Virus record (IMG/VR): IMGVR_UViG_3300042453_000526
Location: 1 to 31,267 of that record
Strand: one strand, 5' to 3'
Length of the DNA stretch: 31,267 nt
From: a virus
Lineage: Duplodnaviria > Caudoviricetes
Each line of letters starts with the position of its first letter. Position 1 is the stretch's first letter. The position numbers and the translations under genes were made by a program. This document shows, one piece after another, positions 1-11,599 of the stretch. The notes below the pieces were generated by a model that made no database searches, had not been told where the DNA came from, and saw only the letters and a program-made list of their open reading frames with translations.

Positions 1-706
1 GTCCCTGTGGCCCTTGTATGCCCTGAGGTCCTTGTGGACCCTGTGGCCCTTGTATGCCCTGTGGGCCTTGCGGTCCCTGTGGTCCTTGTATACCCTGAGG
101 TCCCTGTGGTCCCTGTGGCCCTTGTATGCCCTGAGGTCCTTGTGGACCCTGTGGCCCTTGTATGCCCTGTGGGCCTTGCGGTCCCTGTGGTCCTTGTATA
201 CCCTGAGGTCCCTGTGGTCCCTGTGGCCCTTGTATACCCTGAGGTCCCTGTGGTCCCTGTGGCCCTTGTATACCCTGAGGTCCCTGTGGTCCTTGTATGC
301 CCTGAGGTCCTTGTGGACCCTGTGGCCCTTGTATGCCCTGTGGTCCTTGTGGACCCTGTGGTCCTTGTATGCCCTGTGGTCCTTGTATGCCCTGAGGTCC
401 CTGTGGTCCTTGTATACCTTGTGGCCCTTGAGGTCCCTGTGGTCCTTGTATACCTTGTGGCCCTTGAGGTCCCTGTGGTCCTTGTATACCTTGTGGCCCT
501 TGAGGTCCCTGTGGTCCTTGTATACCCTGAGGTCCCTGTGGTCCTTGTATACCTTGTGGCCCTTGAGGTCCCTGTGGTCCTTGTATACCCTGAGGTCCCT
601 GTGGTCCTTGTATACCTTGTGGGCCTTGCGGTCCCTGTGGTCCTTGTATACCCTGAGGTCCCTGTGGTCCCTGTGGCCCTTGTATACCCTGTGGTCCCTG
701 TGGTCC
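1..706 (-). repeat. 9-bp-periodic collagen (Gly-Pro-Gln/Gly-Ile-Gln) coding repeat
   Basis: Tandem ggtccctgt/ggtccttgt/ccttgtatac units; the minus frame reads GPQ/GIQ triplets. Confidence 0.95.
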
Positions 707-3700
707 TACTGCCTGTAATCCGTTAGCGTAAAAAAATTCGCCAGAAGTTATAACATTGCCAGCTATTACATTTCCAGTGACATTTAAACTTGAACCTATA
801 TTGGCGTTATTATTGATAGATAAAGAATTAGCGGTTAATGAATTATTCAATATAATAGAATTTGCTAAGACATTAGTACCTATCAAATTACCACTTAGAC
901 TTAATCCAATTAACGTTCCAACATTTGTTATGTTGGGCTGATCAGATGTAGTAATTAATCCAGATATGCTTGTAGAATTTAACGTGTCTATATAGGCATT
1001 AGCCCAATATGCAGTGGTATTGCCCAAATTTAATATTGCATTACCTAAAGGAGAAAATGCAACGTTAGTTTGCCAACTATTTAGAGATGTACTATATTTT
1101 AAAGTTATTAAACTAGCACCATTAGAATTACCTATCAAAATACCAGCGTCATTAAGATCGGATATATTTGACGTATTATTTGCAAGTAAAATATCTTTAT
1201 CATTAACTGTAAATATCGTACTATCAATGTAAGTTAAATTTCCAGTTACACGTAAATTTCCCTGAATAATTACATTTCCAGTGCTTCCAACATTTGCAGG
1301 TTCAATAGTTATAGTATCACTAGTACTAGATATTGTATTATTTGAAATATTAAATTCGCCGATAGTAAGTGATGATCCAACCGATGTTATATTGGATTGA
1401 CTTGCTGTTACTAAAGTCCCGGTAATTAATGATGTAGAATTACCAATAAACGAGGCGATAATTTCATTCGATGTTATTAAAGTAGCTACGTTTAAATTGT
1501 TTGCACTGATGTTGCCCGTGAACGTGCCAGTTGTACCGCTTATGTTTCCATTTAGAGTGTCCGCTGAGATGTTGCCCGTGAACGTGCCAGTTGTACCACT
1601 TATGTTTCCATTTAACGTATCTGCCGAAATGTTGCCAGTAAATGTACCAGAATTGGCACTTACATTATTTGTTACAAAAACATCAGAGAATGTGGGACTA
1701 TTTTGAGTGCCTACACCTAAATTTACAGAAAAAGTTGTTCCAGCACTTGTAAATACAGATAGATTACTGGTTGTTATATCATATGTAACATTACTCACAC
1801 CAGCAACTGGTGTAGTATTTGCTAATGTAATTCTACCCTTAGTATCAACTGTTATAACTGGAACAGCACTAGCATTCCCATATGTACCAGATTCTACACC
1901 ACTATCTTGAAGTCGTTGAGTAACTACATTGCCATTAGAATCTATCACAGTCTGGCCAGCTACAACAACATTTGCAGAGGTATTGATATTTCCAGAAACG
2001 ACTAATTGATTATTTTGACCTATTTGGCCAATATAAACATTAGACGTTCCATCTGGCTGTAATACAATATTATCATTTGAATTTATGACATAAATCGTAT
2101 TGTCTAAAATAGTTAGATTTGACAAATAGGCTTGACCAGACGCAGTTAAATCACCAAGTATTGTTACACTATTGGACGATTTATCAAAAGTAAACCCAGC
2201 TGTTCCGTTAATTATACTTTCATCATTGAATAAAACTTGTGTGTTAGCACCCGCTGAACTAATATTTCCAGATATATTACCAACAACATTTCCAATAAAA
2301 TTTTGTGCTGTAATATTTGAACTAACATTTAAATTACCAGGAGTGTCTAAATTACCTCCTGTTGTAAACGTCCAAGATTGAGTTCCAGAAACGGTTACTA
2401 CTACATTTCCATCTGTAAAAACTTTTACATTGCTAGTACCATTTTGTATGCTTGTCGTATCTATACCAGTTAAAAATCTACCATTTCCCTGAAAATAATT
2501 TCCCGTGATATTTCCAGAAACATTTGCATCAGACGTTAATATTAAATTGCCAGTTTTAATAGTGCCGTAAGTACCAGAAACAATATTGCCTATTTCACTT
2601 TCTACATTACTATAGTATTCGAAATAGCCCGTAGAGTTTTTTCTACCAAAAAATGAAGATTTATTTTCTGTATCATAGTAATAAGTTCTTACACCACTAT
2701 CAAATCCATCATCATATATTAACGGTGCACCATTTGGTCCAGTATTCAATGTAATGATCGGATCAACAACAGACAAATCACGTATATTAAAGTATGTTAT
2801 GTTGCCTTGTACACTTAAATTTCCTTGTACTAATAAATTACCATTAATATTAGCAGTTAATGCATCTAAATTTGTTAATGTGCCTAGTTGCGTTATGTAT
2901 GGTTGAGATGAAGTTGTTAATATTGCTGATGTGTTGCCAGTATATATTGGCAAATACGATGCTACGTTAACATTACTATAATTACCTACTGGTTCATCAT
3001 CAATAAATAGTTGACCACCCTGTACTGAAACATTTGCACCAGAAATTACAAGACTATTACTTAAATATAAATTAGAAAAGTTGTAATCAACATTACCAAG
3101 TGTATAAATCGCATTAGCAGTAGGGATTAGATTAGTGATAGTTGTAATAGCACCACTACCAATAGGTTCGCCGTTAGGATAAAAAGCTCCAGCTGTTATT
3201 ACATATCCAACAGTTTCAATATTTCCATATGCAAATACGTCATTGGTTCTTACATTACCGCTATTCCAAATGTTGTTGGAAACAATAACATTAGCATTTA
3301 TCTCAGTGATGCCATTGCCTTGAAAAACACTGTATAATTCCGTAAAATTTTGATTTATCTTACTGAATGCAACATATAAATCATCACCTGTTTGAGTATT
3401 TGGACCTTCTCCTAAGTCAATTAAATAATTATTTGATTGTATAGTTAAAACTTCAATACTAGAAATTACGGGCTGTTCTTCGACACTTAACAACATTGGA
3501 AATTCATTTAATGACTCGTCTTGTGATTCTTCCTCTATAATTTCATTAATTTCTAAATTAGGTTGATCTTCCTCTAAAAGTATTAATTCTTCTTCCGGAG
3601 ATTCTGAAGATACTTCAACTATAGGTAAATGAGATAATATGATTGAATTAAAAATATTGAATAATTCTGTAAAATTTTCGTTTATTTTTGTAAACGCAAC

Positions 3701-4069
3701 ATAAAAATCATCACTCTGATTATTACCTAAGTTAACTAATTTTGGATAAAGTTTTGGACTACTAACAACTATATTGTTATAAACATTATAAATCGCATTA
3801 AAATTTTGATTAGTTTTATTAAATGCTGTCGATATATCATCAATAATATTATTTGATGCATCAAGAGACAAATTTATTGTTTTAGGTGTGGTGTTCGCAT
3901 ATCGTAAAGTTGTTACTTTATACGCAGGAACAAAAATTTCCAGAATTCCTGGTTCAAAAACTCTGAATAATTCATTAAAATTTTCATTGATTTTTGTAAA
4001 GGCCGAGTATAGATCATCACCTGTTTGACTATCTGGTCCTGTGCCTAAATCAATTATTCTCTGGGACAT
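1..4069 (-). CDS. Giant collagen-like tail fibre / baseplate-anchored fibre protein (>1356 aa, 3' end outside window)
   Basis: Not in the ORF track because it has no stop inside the window. Hand translation from ATG at 4069 gives [35 protein letters not shown] (T4 gp9/gp10-type N-terminal motif). I read it stop-free to ~1480, and the same frame gives ...[14 protein letters not shown] then (GPQ/GIQ)n from ~706 to the window edge. Late promoter CTAAATA upstream. Confidence 0.9.
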   Translation of the reverse strand, partial: MSQRIIDLGTGPDSQTGDDLYSAFTKINENFNELFRVFEPGILEIFVPAYKVTTLRYANTTPKTINLSLDASNNIIDDISTAFNKTNQNFNAIYNVYNNIVVSSPKLYPKLVNLGNNQSDDFYVAFTKINENFTELFNIFNSIILSHLPIVEVSSESPEEELILLEEDQPNLEINEIIEEESQDESLNEFPMLLSVEEQPVISSIEVLTIQSNNYLIDLGEGPNTQTGDDLYVAFSKINQNFTELYSVFQGNGITEINANVIVSNNIWNSGNVRTNDVFAYGNIETVGYVITAGAFYPNGEPIGSGAITTITNLIPTANAIYTLGNVDYNFSNLYLSNSLVISGANVSVQGGQLFIDDEPVGNYSNVNVASYLPIYTGNTSAILTTSSQPYITQLGTLTNLDALTANINGNLLVQGNLSVQGNITYFNIRDLSVVDPIITLNTGPNGAPLIYDDGFDSGVRTYYYDTENKSSFFGRKNSTGYFEYYSNVESEIGNIVSGTYGTIKTGNLILTSDANVSGNITGNYFQGNGRFLTGIDTTSIQNGTSNVKVFTDGNVVVTVSGTQSWTFTTGGNLDTPGNLNVSSNITAQNFIGNVVGNISGNISSAGANTQVLFNDESIINGTAGFTFDKSSNSVTILGDLTASGQAYLSNLTILDNTIYVINSNDNIVLQPDGTSNVYIGQIGQNNQLVVSGNINTSANVVVAGQTVIDSNGNVVTQRLQDSGVESGTYGNASAVPVITVDTKGRITLANTTPVAGVSNVTYDITTSNLSVFTSAGTTFSVNLGVGTQNSPTFSDVFVTNNVSANSGTFTGNISADTLNGNISGTTGTFTGNISADTLNGNISGTTGTFTGNISANNLNVATLITSNEIIASFIGNSTSLITGTLVTASQSNITSVGSSLTIGEFNISNNTISSTSDTITIEPANVGSTGNVIIQGNLRVTGNLTYIDSTIFTVNDKDILLANNTSNISDLNDAGILIGNSNGASLITLKYSTSLNSWQTNVAFSPLGNAILNLGNTTAYWANAYIDTLNSTSISGLITTSDQPNITNVGTLIGLSLSGNLIGTNVLANSIILNNSLTANSLSINNNANIGSSLNVTGNVIAGNVITSGEFFYANGLQAVGPQGPQGIQGPQGPQGPQGIQGPQGPQGPQGIQGPQGPQGIQGPQGPQGPQGIQGPQGPQGIQGPQGPQGPQGIQGPQGPQGPQGIQGPQGPQGPQGIQGPQGPQGIQGPQGIQGPQGPQGPQGIQGPQGPQGPQGIQGPQGPQGIQGPQGPQGPQGIQGPQGPQGPQGIQGPQGPQGPQGIQGPQGPQGPQGIQGPQGPQGPQGIQGPQGPQGPQGIQGPQGPQGPQGIQGPQG
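1508..1648 (-). repeat. 60-bp (20-aa) tandem repeat, ~2.3 copies, [20 protein letters not shown]
   Basis: gttgcccgtgaacgtgccagttgtacc occurs at 1511 and 1571, with a degenerate copy at 1631. Confidence 0.85.
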
Positions 4070-4095
4070 CGTGTAATCCAATAAATCTATAAGTA

Positions 4096-4102
4096 TATTT
4101 AG
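4096..4102 (-). promoter_or_regulatory. T4-type late promoter (CTAAATA)
   Basis: TAAATA core 26 nt upstream of ATG 4069. The same core precedes most structural operons here. Confidence 0.65.
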
Positions 4103-4127
4103 CAAAAAGAGATTTATCAGTTAATGC

Positions 4128-4156
4128 AAAAAGGACAAATTTAATTTGTCCTTTTT
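4128..4156. terminator. Intrinsic terminator (bidirectional form) after the 2360-aa fibre gene
   Basis: aaaaaggacaaat-tta-atttgtccttttt perfect inverted repeat with A/T tracts. Confidence 0.85.
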
Positions 4157-4177
4157 ATTTCATGTGATACTAATTAA

Positions 4178-7100
4178 TTAGTGTTTTACTACTATTTCTA
4201 TAACTGATGTTAAGTTATCATTATTTGCAGTAAAATCTTCTAACGCTTTTCCTATTACGCTACCCACAACTGGACTACTGCATGCTTGTGCGAATCCATT
4301 TGCAGCAGATACTAATATGTCACCTTTTTTGACAGAACCGATAATTTTAACTGGAACTCTACCCTGTAACGCGACAGCTACTACATGAGTTGATGACAGT
4401 TCGCTATTCATTAAATAAGCTGGATTTGTACTAACTACTCCTGCAACCGAAGTAGACATATTCGTCGTAGTTATAGTTACTTCTTTTGTTCCGCCAAACT
4501 CTAATACTGTGCCTGGACTGTAATTTGCATCAGCTATGTATAATTCAGCAAGGTCGGCATATTGTGCAGACGTAGCAGTTCCAAAAAATTTACCTCCAAT
4601 AATGACATTACCTGCACTAGCTCCGGATATGTTTAAGTTACCCGTTCCTGGATTGTATCTTAAGCCAGGATCATCGGCATATGCAATTTGACTTGATCCA
4701 ACTGCAGGAACTAAAACTGGATAAAAAGTAGAATTTGATGCAGTATCGGTTGCATTTATGATGGTACTAGGACCAGTTGGACCTTGTGGTCCAGTGGGAC
4801 CTTGTGGTCCAGTTGGGCCTTGTGGTCCAGTAGGTCCTTGTATGCCCTGCGGTCCTTGCGGGCCCTGTGATCCTTGTGGTCCAGTAGGTCCTTGTATGCC
4901 CTGAGGTCCTTGCGGGCCCTGTGATCCTTGTGGTCCAGTAGGTCCTTGTATGCCCTGTGGTCCTTGTGGTCCTTGTGGTCCCTGAAGACCTCTTGGTCCT
5001 TGTGGTCCTTGTGGTCCAGCGACAGAACTTGCTGCTCCCTGTGGGCCTTGTGGACCAGTTGGTCCCTGTGGTCCCTGTACTCCTAAATTACCTGTTCTAG
5101 TGAAAGATATTGATAATATTTCATTATTTGTTGGAATTGAACCAGATATATACGTTACAGTTATTTTCCAATAATTAGTAGAATCTACTGAGGCTCCGGT
5201 AATTTTAAATATATTAATTGTTGTTTGAGTTGCCGCTGCCCCACGGATAATTAAATATCCTCTATCAGTTGTTGTTGTAGAGTCATCCCACTCTCCTATG
5301 AAAGCGGACTGATTTATACCATTAAAATAATCAATATCATTAATGTATAATGTTGTGACTGACCCAATTGTACCACTACTGTATTTTATTTTTCCAGTAC
5401 CTGGATCAGAGTCCGTGGTGTTGTTACTCCACTGGTAAAGAACTCCAGTGTTATATGCGTCACTTCCTGGATTTCCTTGTGGTCCTTGTGGTCCTTGTGG
5501 TCCTTGTGGTCCCTGCAAACCACGTGGTCCTTGTGGCCCCTGCGCGCCTTGTGGCCCAGGTACAGAACTTGGTGCTCCCTGTGGGCCTTGTATGCCTTGA
5601 GGTCCTTGTGGGCCTTGTATGCCTTGGGGTCCCTGTGGTCCTTGTATGCCCTGTGGTCCTTGTGGTCCTTGTGGTCCCTGTGCGCCTTGTGGTCCAGGTA
5701 CTGTACTTGCATCACCAGGTAAACCACGGGGTCCTTGTGGTCCTTGTATTCCCTGCGGTCCTTGTGGTCCCTGTATACCCTGTGGTCCTTGTGGTCCTTG
5801 TGGTCCCTGTATACCCTGTGGTCCTTGTGGTCCTTGTGGTCCTTGTATGCCCTGTGGTCCTTGTGGACCTTGTGGTCCTTGTGCGCCTTGTGGTCCAGGT
5901 ACTGTACTTGCATCACCAGGTAAACCACGTGGTCCTTGTGGTCCTTGTGGTCCTTGTATACCCTGTGGTCCTTGTGGTCCTTGTATGCCCTGCGGTCCTT
6001 GTATGCCCTGCGGTCCTTGAAGTCCTTGTGGTCCTTGTATGCCCTGTGGTCCTTGTGGTCCTTGTGATCCTTGTGGTCCAGTAGGTCCTTGTATGCCTTG
6101 TGGCCCTTGTGGTCCTTGTATACCCTGTGGTCCTTGTGGCCCTTGTGGTCCTTGTATACCCTGTGGTCCTTGTGGTCCTTGTGGTCCTTGTATGCCCTGC
6201 GGTCCTTGAGGTCCTTGTGGCCCTTGTATGCCCTGTGGCCCTTGAGGTCCTTGTATGCCCTGTGGTCCCTGTGGCCCTTGAGGTCCTTGTATGCCCTGTG
6301 GTCCTTGCGGTCCCTGTATACCTTGCGGTCCCTGTGGGCCTTGTGGTCCCTGAGGTCCACTCGCACCTACTGCACCATTTAAATTTACTGTCCAAGAACT
6401 AAATGTGGTTTCGACACCTGCTACTATAGTTACATTAACAATTAATGTAGAATCAGAGTATGAGGTCACTGTTCCTATCATGTAATTACTGGAAGAATTT
6501 GCAATAATTACAGCTTGTCCTATCGAATAAGCTAAGCCTGTTCCTATTTGAAGAGTTTTTTCACCAGTAGAATTTAAAAGCGAACTGCTAGATGTTGTTG
6601 AATATGTATCCCCCACTGGACCTCTTGGTCCTTGTATACCCTGTGGTCCCTGTGGTCCCTGTATTCCCTGAGGTCCTTGTGACCCTTGTATACCCTGTGG
6701 GCCTTGTGGTCCTTGTATACCCTGTGGTCCTTGTGATCCTTGTGTTCCAACATCACCGACTGCACTTATAGTCCATGAATCAAAAGTTCCAGATCCAGAG
6801 GTATATACTGAATTAATTGCAAAATTTGTTCCACTATATGTAGTTATTAATCCTTCCATATAAGTTGTTGGAATAATTGTGTAAATAATTCTAACTCGTT
6901 GACCTACTGTAAATGCACTTTGTGTATTTGACTTATTTACTGTAAAAGTTTTAGTTCCATTTCCGATCGAAACGGAAGTTGATGAAGTCAATGTTTCATA
7001 TCCAAGTCCAGTCGGTCCTTGTGATCCCTGCGGCCCTTGTATGCCCTGTGGTCCTTGTGGACCCTGAGGGCCTTGTAAACCTCTTGGTCCTTGTGGTCCT

Positions 7101-10100
7101 TGTATGCCCTGTGGTCCTTGTGGTCCTTGTATGCCCTGTGGTCCTTGTGGACCTTGTGGCCCTTGTATACCCTGTGGACCTTGTGGTCCCTGTATACCCT
7201 GCGGCCCCTGTATGCCTTGTGGTCCTTGTGGTCCCTGTGATCCTTGAGGTCCAGAAGGTCCTTGTGGCCCAGTTGCGCCGACCGCACCCGAAAGTGCAAC
7301 TTGCCAACTATTATATGTTCCTGAACCAACATTTGATACTGAGTCAACTATCATTCTTCCATTACCAGAAGCATACGATGACACTGTACCTATCCAATAA
7401 TTACTTGAGTTATTAGATATTGTAACTGATTGCGCAGTAATATAAGCTAAACCCGTCGCCACGATAAATGTGACTTCTGTAGGATGAGAGATAGGTATTG
7501 CAAAGTTTGTACTACTTGTTGTTGCATATCTATCACCAACGGGTCCTTGTGGTCCTTGCGATCCCTGTGGTCCTTGTGGTCCTTGTGGTCCTTGTATACC
7601 CTGTGGGCCTTGTGGTCCTTGTATACCCTGTGGTCCTTGCGGTCCTTGTGGTCCTTGTATGCCCTGTGGTCCTTGCGATCCCTGAGGTCCCTGTATCCCC
7701 TGAGGTCCTTGTGGTCCTTGTATGCCCTGAGGTCCTTGTGGTCCAGGCACAGAACTTGCTGCTCCCTGTGGTCCTTGTGGACCCTGAGGCCCTTGTGGTC
7801 CTTGTATACCCTGTGGTCCTTGTGGTCCTTGTGGTCCTTGTATGCCCTGTGGACCTTGTGGTCCTTGTGGTCCTTGTATGCCCTGTGGACCTTGTGGCCC
7901 TTGTATGCCCTGTGGTCCTTGTGGTCCTTGTGGTCCTTGTATACCCTGTGGTCCTTGTGGTCCTTGTGGTCCTTGTATACCCTGTGGTCCTTGTGGTCCT
8001 TGTATGCCTTGAGGTCCTTGTGGTCCTTGTATACCCTGTGGTCCTTGTGGTCCTTGAGGTCCAGAAGGTCCTTGTGGCCCAGTTGCGCCGACCGCACCCG
8101 AAAGTGCAACTTGCCAACTATTATATGTTCCTGAACCAACATTTGATACTGAATCAACTATCATTCTTCCATTACCAGAAGCATATGATGACACTGTACC
8201 TATCCAATAATTACTTACATTAAAAGAAACAGTTACTGACTGAGCAGCTATATAGGCTAATCCAACTTCTACAGTAAACGTAACTGTTGTTGGATGAGAA
8301 GAAGGTATCGCAAAGTTTGTGCTACTTGTTGTTGCATATCTATCACCAACGGGTCCTTGTGGTCCTTGCGATCCCTGTGGGCCTTGCGGTCCCTGTGGTC
8401 CCTGTATACCTTGTGGTCCTTGTATGCCCTGTGGCCCTTGTGGCCCCTGTGGGCCCTGTATACCCTGTGATCCTTGCGGTCCCTGTATACCCTGTGGTCC
8501 CTGTATACCCTGTGGTCCTTGTGGGCCCTGAGGGCCTTGTGGTCCAGGCACAGAACTTGCTGCTCCCTGTGGTCCTTGCGGTCCTTGTGGCCCTTGTATA
8601 CCTTGAGGTCCTTGTGGTCCTTGTATGCCCTGTGGGCCTTGCGTTCCTTGTGGACCTTGTATGCCCTGTGGTCCTTGTATGCCTTGAGGTCCTTGTGGTC
8701 CTTGTATGCCCTGTGGGCCTTGCGGTCCCTGAGGTCCCTGTATGCCCTGAGGTCCTTGTGGGCCTTGTATACCCTGTGGGCCTTGTATACCCTGTGGGCC
8801 TTGTATACCCTGTGGTCCTTGTGAACCTTGTGGTCCAGAAAGACCTTGTGGTCCTTGAGGTCCAGAAGGACCTTGTGGACCAGTTGCACCGACCGCGCCC
8901 GAAAGTGCAACTTGCCAACTACTATATGTTCCAGTTCCTATGTTTGACACTGAGTCAACTATCATTCTTCCATTGCCAGAAGTATAAGATGACACTGTGC
9001 CTATCCAATAGTTACTTGAGTCATAAGATATTGTAACTGATTGAGCAGCTATATAAGCTAAACCAGTTTCAACAAAAAATGTTACTTGTGTTGGATGAGA
9101 AGTAGGTATTGCAAAGTTAGTGCTACTTGTCGTGGCATATCTATCACCAACGGGTCCTTGTGGTCCCTGTGTACCCACTGGGCCTTGTGGACCTTGTATA
9201 CCCTGTGGACCCTGTGGGCCCTGTGGTCCAGGCACAGAACTTGCCGCTCCCTGTGGTCCTTGCGGTCCAGTAGGTCCCTGAGGTCCCTGTGCTCCTTGTG
9301 GTCCAGGTACATTACTCACACCACTAGGTCCTTGAGGTCCTTGTGGACCTTGAGAACCTTGCGGCCCTTGTGGACCGCGATCACCTTGAGGTCCTTGTGG
9401 ACCTTGACTACCCTGTGGTCCCTGCGCACCTAAATTACCTATAGGTCCTTGAGGTCCTTGAGGTCCTTGTGTTCCAACGCCACCCGCTACACCTTGTGGT
9501 CCCTGAGGACCTTGTGGTCCCTGAGAACCAGAAGGTCCAGAAGGTCCTTGTGGACCCGGAACAGTGCTTGCTGCACCAGTAGGTCCTTGTGGTCCTGGAG
9601 GACCAGATGGACCAGGTACGGTACTTATAGGACCAGTGGCACCAGTAGGTCCTTGAGGACCAGACGCTCCGGTAGCTCCGCTAGGGCCACGTGGTCCTTG
9701 TGCGCCACTTGGTCCTTGTGGTCCCTGAGGACCTTGCACTCCTCTTGGTCCTTGTGATCCTTGTGGTCCAGAAACTCCCGAAGGACCTTGCGGACCTTGC
9801 GCTCCCTGTGGTCCAGTTGGTCCTTGAGGGCCTACCGCTCTTACACCATTTGCATAAAAATAATCACTTGCTATTACATTGCTTGTAAATGTAGAATTAG
9901 CAGCATTAACAACAAAAACATTTGAAATGCCAGCAATACTTGTTGCTACATTTCCACTTGAATAGACAATAACATTACTAGAACCATTTTCTATTCTTGT
10001 ACCACCTGGTAATCCAGACAAGAAATAACCATTACCTAGAAAGTATTCTGCATCAACATTACCTGCTACTGTTAACAAATTTGCTTGTTTTTCGAATGTA

Positions 10101-11260
10101 AATCCTGTACTTCCTGCTAACACATTAGCATCGTTGAACATTACTTGTGTATTTGCTCCAGCAGCACTAGCCACTACTAGAGTTTGACCAGCACTTAAGA
10201 ATCGTATGTCAACATAAGGATCAGTTACACCTACATTATAAGCAAAAGTTATTGCATTTCCACTTACTGTATAGTCAACATTTGGTTGCAATACAACATT
10301 ACCCTGTATTGCCAAAATACCTTCGGCAGTCGTTACTTGATTTAGTGGATATGTTGCCGAATTATTTCCCTGAATAATTTGTTCTGTAACTAGGCCGGAA
10401 ACTGGAATCCAATCAGTTCCATTATAATATTCTAGTACAGTCGTATCAGTGTTATATCTGATTGCACCCGTTGCCGTAATTGATGATCTGTCTCCAGTAG
10501 ATCCAACTGGTAAAGTCAAAGCCCCAGTTGTGTTTATTGTTACTAATTTGTTAAGACCTGGAACTATTTCTAAGTTCGCCAACACATTCGTAGAACTTAT
10601 GGTATTACCAATTATAGAAATATTTCCTACATTTACAGTAGTAAAGAATGCCGCAGCAGGATTAATATTACCTATTATCGTGCTTTGTAAACCCCCATTG
10701 GCGATCAATGTTGTTCCAAATGTGCCACTATTATTGATAATTAAATGATTGCCATAAATATTACCGCGAACAATTAAATCCTCTAAAATTTCTACATTGC
10801 CGCCGAAGAAACCATCACCATTTACATTTAAATTGCCACCAAAATTGCCATCACCGTTTACGTCTAAATTTCCACCGAAAGAACCATTGCCGTTTACGGC
10901 TAAATTTCCACCGAAAGAACCATTGCCGTTTACGTCTAAATTTCCACCGAAAGAACCATTGCCGTTTGTTTCTAAATTTCCACCGAAAAATCCACTACCG
11001 TTTACTTCTAAATTTCCACCAAATATTGCACCACCATTGAACGATACATTACCTGCACCACCGGATAATAAATCAGCAGCATTAGCCCATGTTCTTGAAC
11101 CATCAACATTACCGATAAGAACATAGCCATTACCCGACGGTAATCCAAGATCGGGTTCAGCGTCACTTAATCCAAGGAAGGTATATCTACCTGGATCAGC
11201 ATTAGCACTTGGAGTTTTCGGTACTCTACCGCTTATGAGATTGTTACTAATTTTAGACAT
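4178..11260 (-). CDS. Giant collagen-like long tail fibre (2360 aa) with C-terminal Peptidase_G2-type intramolecular chaperone/autocleavage domain
   Basis: Seven GPQ/GIQ collagen blocks separated by globular domains, and 12-aa GGNLxVNGxGxF repeats near the N-terminus. The C-terminus [13 protein letters not shown]...[12 protein letters not shown]...[10 protein letters not shown]...KGDILVS...IGKALE resembles the GA-1/phi29 gp12 chaperone domain. Confidence 0.9.
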   Translation of the reverse strand: MSKISNNLISGRVPKTPSANADPGRYTFLGLSDAEPDLGLPSGNGYVLIGNVDGSRTWANAADLLSGGAGNVSFNGGAIFGGNLEVNGSGFFGGNLETNGNGSFGGNLDVNGNGSFGGNLAVNGNGSFGGNLDVNGDGNFGGNLNVNGDGFFGGNVEILEDLIVRGNIYGNHLIINNSGTFGTTLIANGGLQSTIIGNINPAAAFFTTVNVGNISIIGNTISSTNVLANLEIVPGLNKLVTINTTGALTLPVGSTGDRSSITATGAIRYNTDTTVLEYYNGTDWIPVSGLVTEQIIQGNNSATYPLNQVTTAEGILAIQGNVVLQPNVDYTVSGNAITFAYNVGVTDPYVDIRFLSAGQTLVVASAAGANTQVMFNDANVLAGSTGFTFEKQANLLTVAGNVDAEYFLGNGYFLSGLPGGTRIENGSSNVIVYSSGNVATSIAGISNVFVVNAANSTFTSNVIASDYFYANGVRAVGPQGPTGPQGAQGPQGPSGVSGPQGSQGPRGVQGPQGPQGPSGAQGPRGPSGATGASGPQGPTGATGPISTVPGPSGPPGPQGPTGAASTVPGPQGPSGPSGSQGPQGPQGPQGVAGGVGTQGPQGPQGPIGNLGAQGPQGSQGPQGPQGDRGPQGPQGSQGPQGPQGPSGVSNVPGPQGAQGPQGPTGPQGPQGAASSVPGPQGPQGPQGIQGPQGPVGTQGPQGPVGDRYATTSSTNFAIPTSHPTQVTFFVETGLAYIAAQSVTISYDSSNYWIGTVSSYTSGNGRMIVDSVSNIGTGTYSSWQVALSGAVGATGPQGPSGPQGPQGLSGPQGSQGPQGIQGPQGIQGPQGIQGPQGPQGIQGPQGPQGPQGIQGPQGPQGIQGPQGIQGPQGTQGPQGIQGPQGPQGIQGPQGPQGPQGAASSVPGPQGPQGPQGPQGIQGPQGIQGPQGSQGIQGPQGPQGPQGIQGPQGIQGPQGPQGPQGSQGPQGPVGDRYATTSSTNFAIPSSHPTTVTFTVEVGLAYIAAQSVTVSFNVSNYWIGTVSSYASGNGRMIVDSVSNVGSGTYNSWQVALSGAVGATGPQGPSGPQGPQGPQGIQGPQGPQGIQGPQGPQGIQGPQGPQGPQGIQGPQGPQGPQGIQGPQGPQGIQGPQGPQGPQGIQGPQGPQGPQGIQGPQGPQGPQGPQGAASSVPGPQGPQGIQGPQGPQGIQGPQGSQGPQGIQGPQGPQGPQGIQGPQGPQGIQGPQGPQGPQGSQGPQGPVGDRYATTSSTNFAIPISHPTEVTFIVATGLAYITAQSVTISNNSSNYWIGTVSSYASGNGRMIVDSVSNVGSGTYNSWQVALSGAVGATGPQGPSGPQGSQGPQGPQGIQGPQGIQGPQGPQGIQGPQGPQGPQGIQGPQGPQGIQGPQGPRGLQGPQGPQGPQGIQGPQGSQGPTGLGYETLTSSTSVSIGNGTKTFTVNKSNTQSAFTVGQRVRIIYTIIPTTYMEGLITTYSGTNFAINSVYTSGSGTFDSWTISAVGDVGTQGSQGPQGIQGPQGPQGIQGSQGPQGIQGPQGPQGIQGPRGPVGDTYSTTSSSSLLNSTGEKTLQIGTGLAYSIGQAVIIANSSSNYMIGTVTSYSDSTLIVNVTIVAGVETTFSSWTVNLNGAVGASGPQGPQGPQGPQGIQGPQGPQGIQGPQGPQGPQGIQGPQGPQGIQGPQGPQGPQGIQGPQGPQGPQGIQGPQGPQGPQGIQGPQGPQGIQGPTGPQGSQGPQGPQGIQGPQGLQGPQGIQGPQGIQGPQGPQGIQGPQGPQGPRGLPGDASTVPGPQGAQGPQGPQGPQGIQGPQGPQGPQGIQGPQGPQGPQGIQGPQGPQGIQGPQGPRGLPGDASTVPGPQGAQGPQGPQGPQGIQGPQGPQGIQGPQGPQGIQGPQGAPSSVPGPQGAQGPQGPRGLQGPQGPQGPQGPQGNPGSDAYNTGVLYQWSNNTTDSDPGTGKIKYSSGTIGSVTTLYINDIDYFNGINQSAFIGEWDDSTTTTDRGYLIIRGAAATQTTINIFKITGASVDSTNYWKITVTYISGSIPTNNEILSISFTRTGNLGVQGPQGPTGPQGPQGAASSVAGPQGPQGPRGLQGPQGPQGPQGIQGPTGPQGSQGPQGPQGIQGPTGPQGSQGPQGPQGIQGPTGPQGPTGPQGPTGPQGPTGPSTIINATDTASNSTFYPVLVPAVGSSQIAYADDPGLRYNPGTGNLNISGASAGNVIIGGKFFGTATSAQYADLAELYIADANYSPGTVLEFGGTKEVTITTTNMSTSVAGVVSTNPAYLMNSELSSTHVVAVALQGRVPVKIIGSVKKGDILVSAANGFAQACSSPVVGSVIGKALEDFTANNDNLTSVIEIVVKH
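7242..9145 (-). repeat. Three ~0.8-kb tandem duplications of a collagen block plus an ~85-aa globular domain
   Basis: The [14 protein letters not shown]...[10 protein letters not shown] domain starts at 9145, 8344 and 7534 (spacing 801 and 810 bp). Segments ~8052-8215 and ~7242-7405 are nearly identical. Confidence 0.9.
10797..11020 (-). repeat. 36-bp (12-aa) tandem repeat GGNL(E/D/A/N)(V/T)NGxG(S/F/N)F, ~6 copies
   Basis: Repeated ctaaatttccaccgaaagaaccattgccgttt units, typical of trimeric beta-helix fibre shafts. Confidence 0.9.
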
Positions 11261-11263
11261 ATT

Positions 11264-11596
11264 TTACTTTGTTTCCAATAAACTTAGAGTAATTTTTAAT
11301 GCACTATTAGTATTAGAACTAGCTTTAAAACTTTGCCCCGCAGTTAATACTAATTTACCAACTAAAATACCAACAGCATCCGCAACTGGTACTGTAAAAT
11401 CTTTTATTAATTCCGTTTCAGTTGAACTTGCATCATCATAGTGACTAGCAGACACTGTTGCCGGAGAAGTATCAATATTAGCAACTTGAGCCATTAATAT
11501 TATTGTAGACGTAATTGCCGGTGTGGTGTACAGTGTTTCGTTAGTTGTTGTTAATGTTGCCGTTACGGTTTTAAACGTATTAATTGGTGTTGCCAT
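11264..11596 (-). CDS. Small beta-rich virion/fibre-associated protein (110 aa)
   Basis: Tightly packed in the fibre operon (3-nt gaps). Similar pattern to 12899..13210. Confidence 0.75.
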   Translation of the reverse strand: MATPINTFKTVTATLTTTNETLYTTPAITSTIILMAQVANIDTSPATVSASHYDDASSTETELIKDFTVPVADAVGILVGKLVLTAGQSFKASSNTNSALKITLSLLETK

Positions 11597-11599
11597 TTT

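Noticed and set aside
1-9835. Dense direct repeats as a possible CRISPR array or DGR template/variable repeats
   Set aside because: The repeats are in-frame coding with no unique spacers. There is no cas or reverse transcriptase gene in the window, and the differences I checked are not adenine-specific.
7-9888. Many overlapping ORFs with VLVVLV, LWSL, PCGPC, HKDHR or TTRT repeats
   Set aside because: Shadow frames of the 9-bp collagen repeat, which happens to lack stops; no SDs or promoters.
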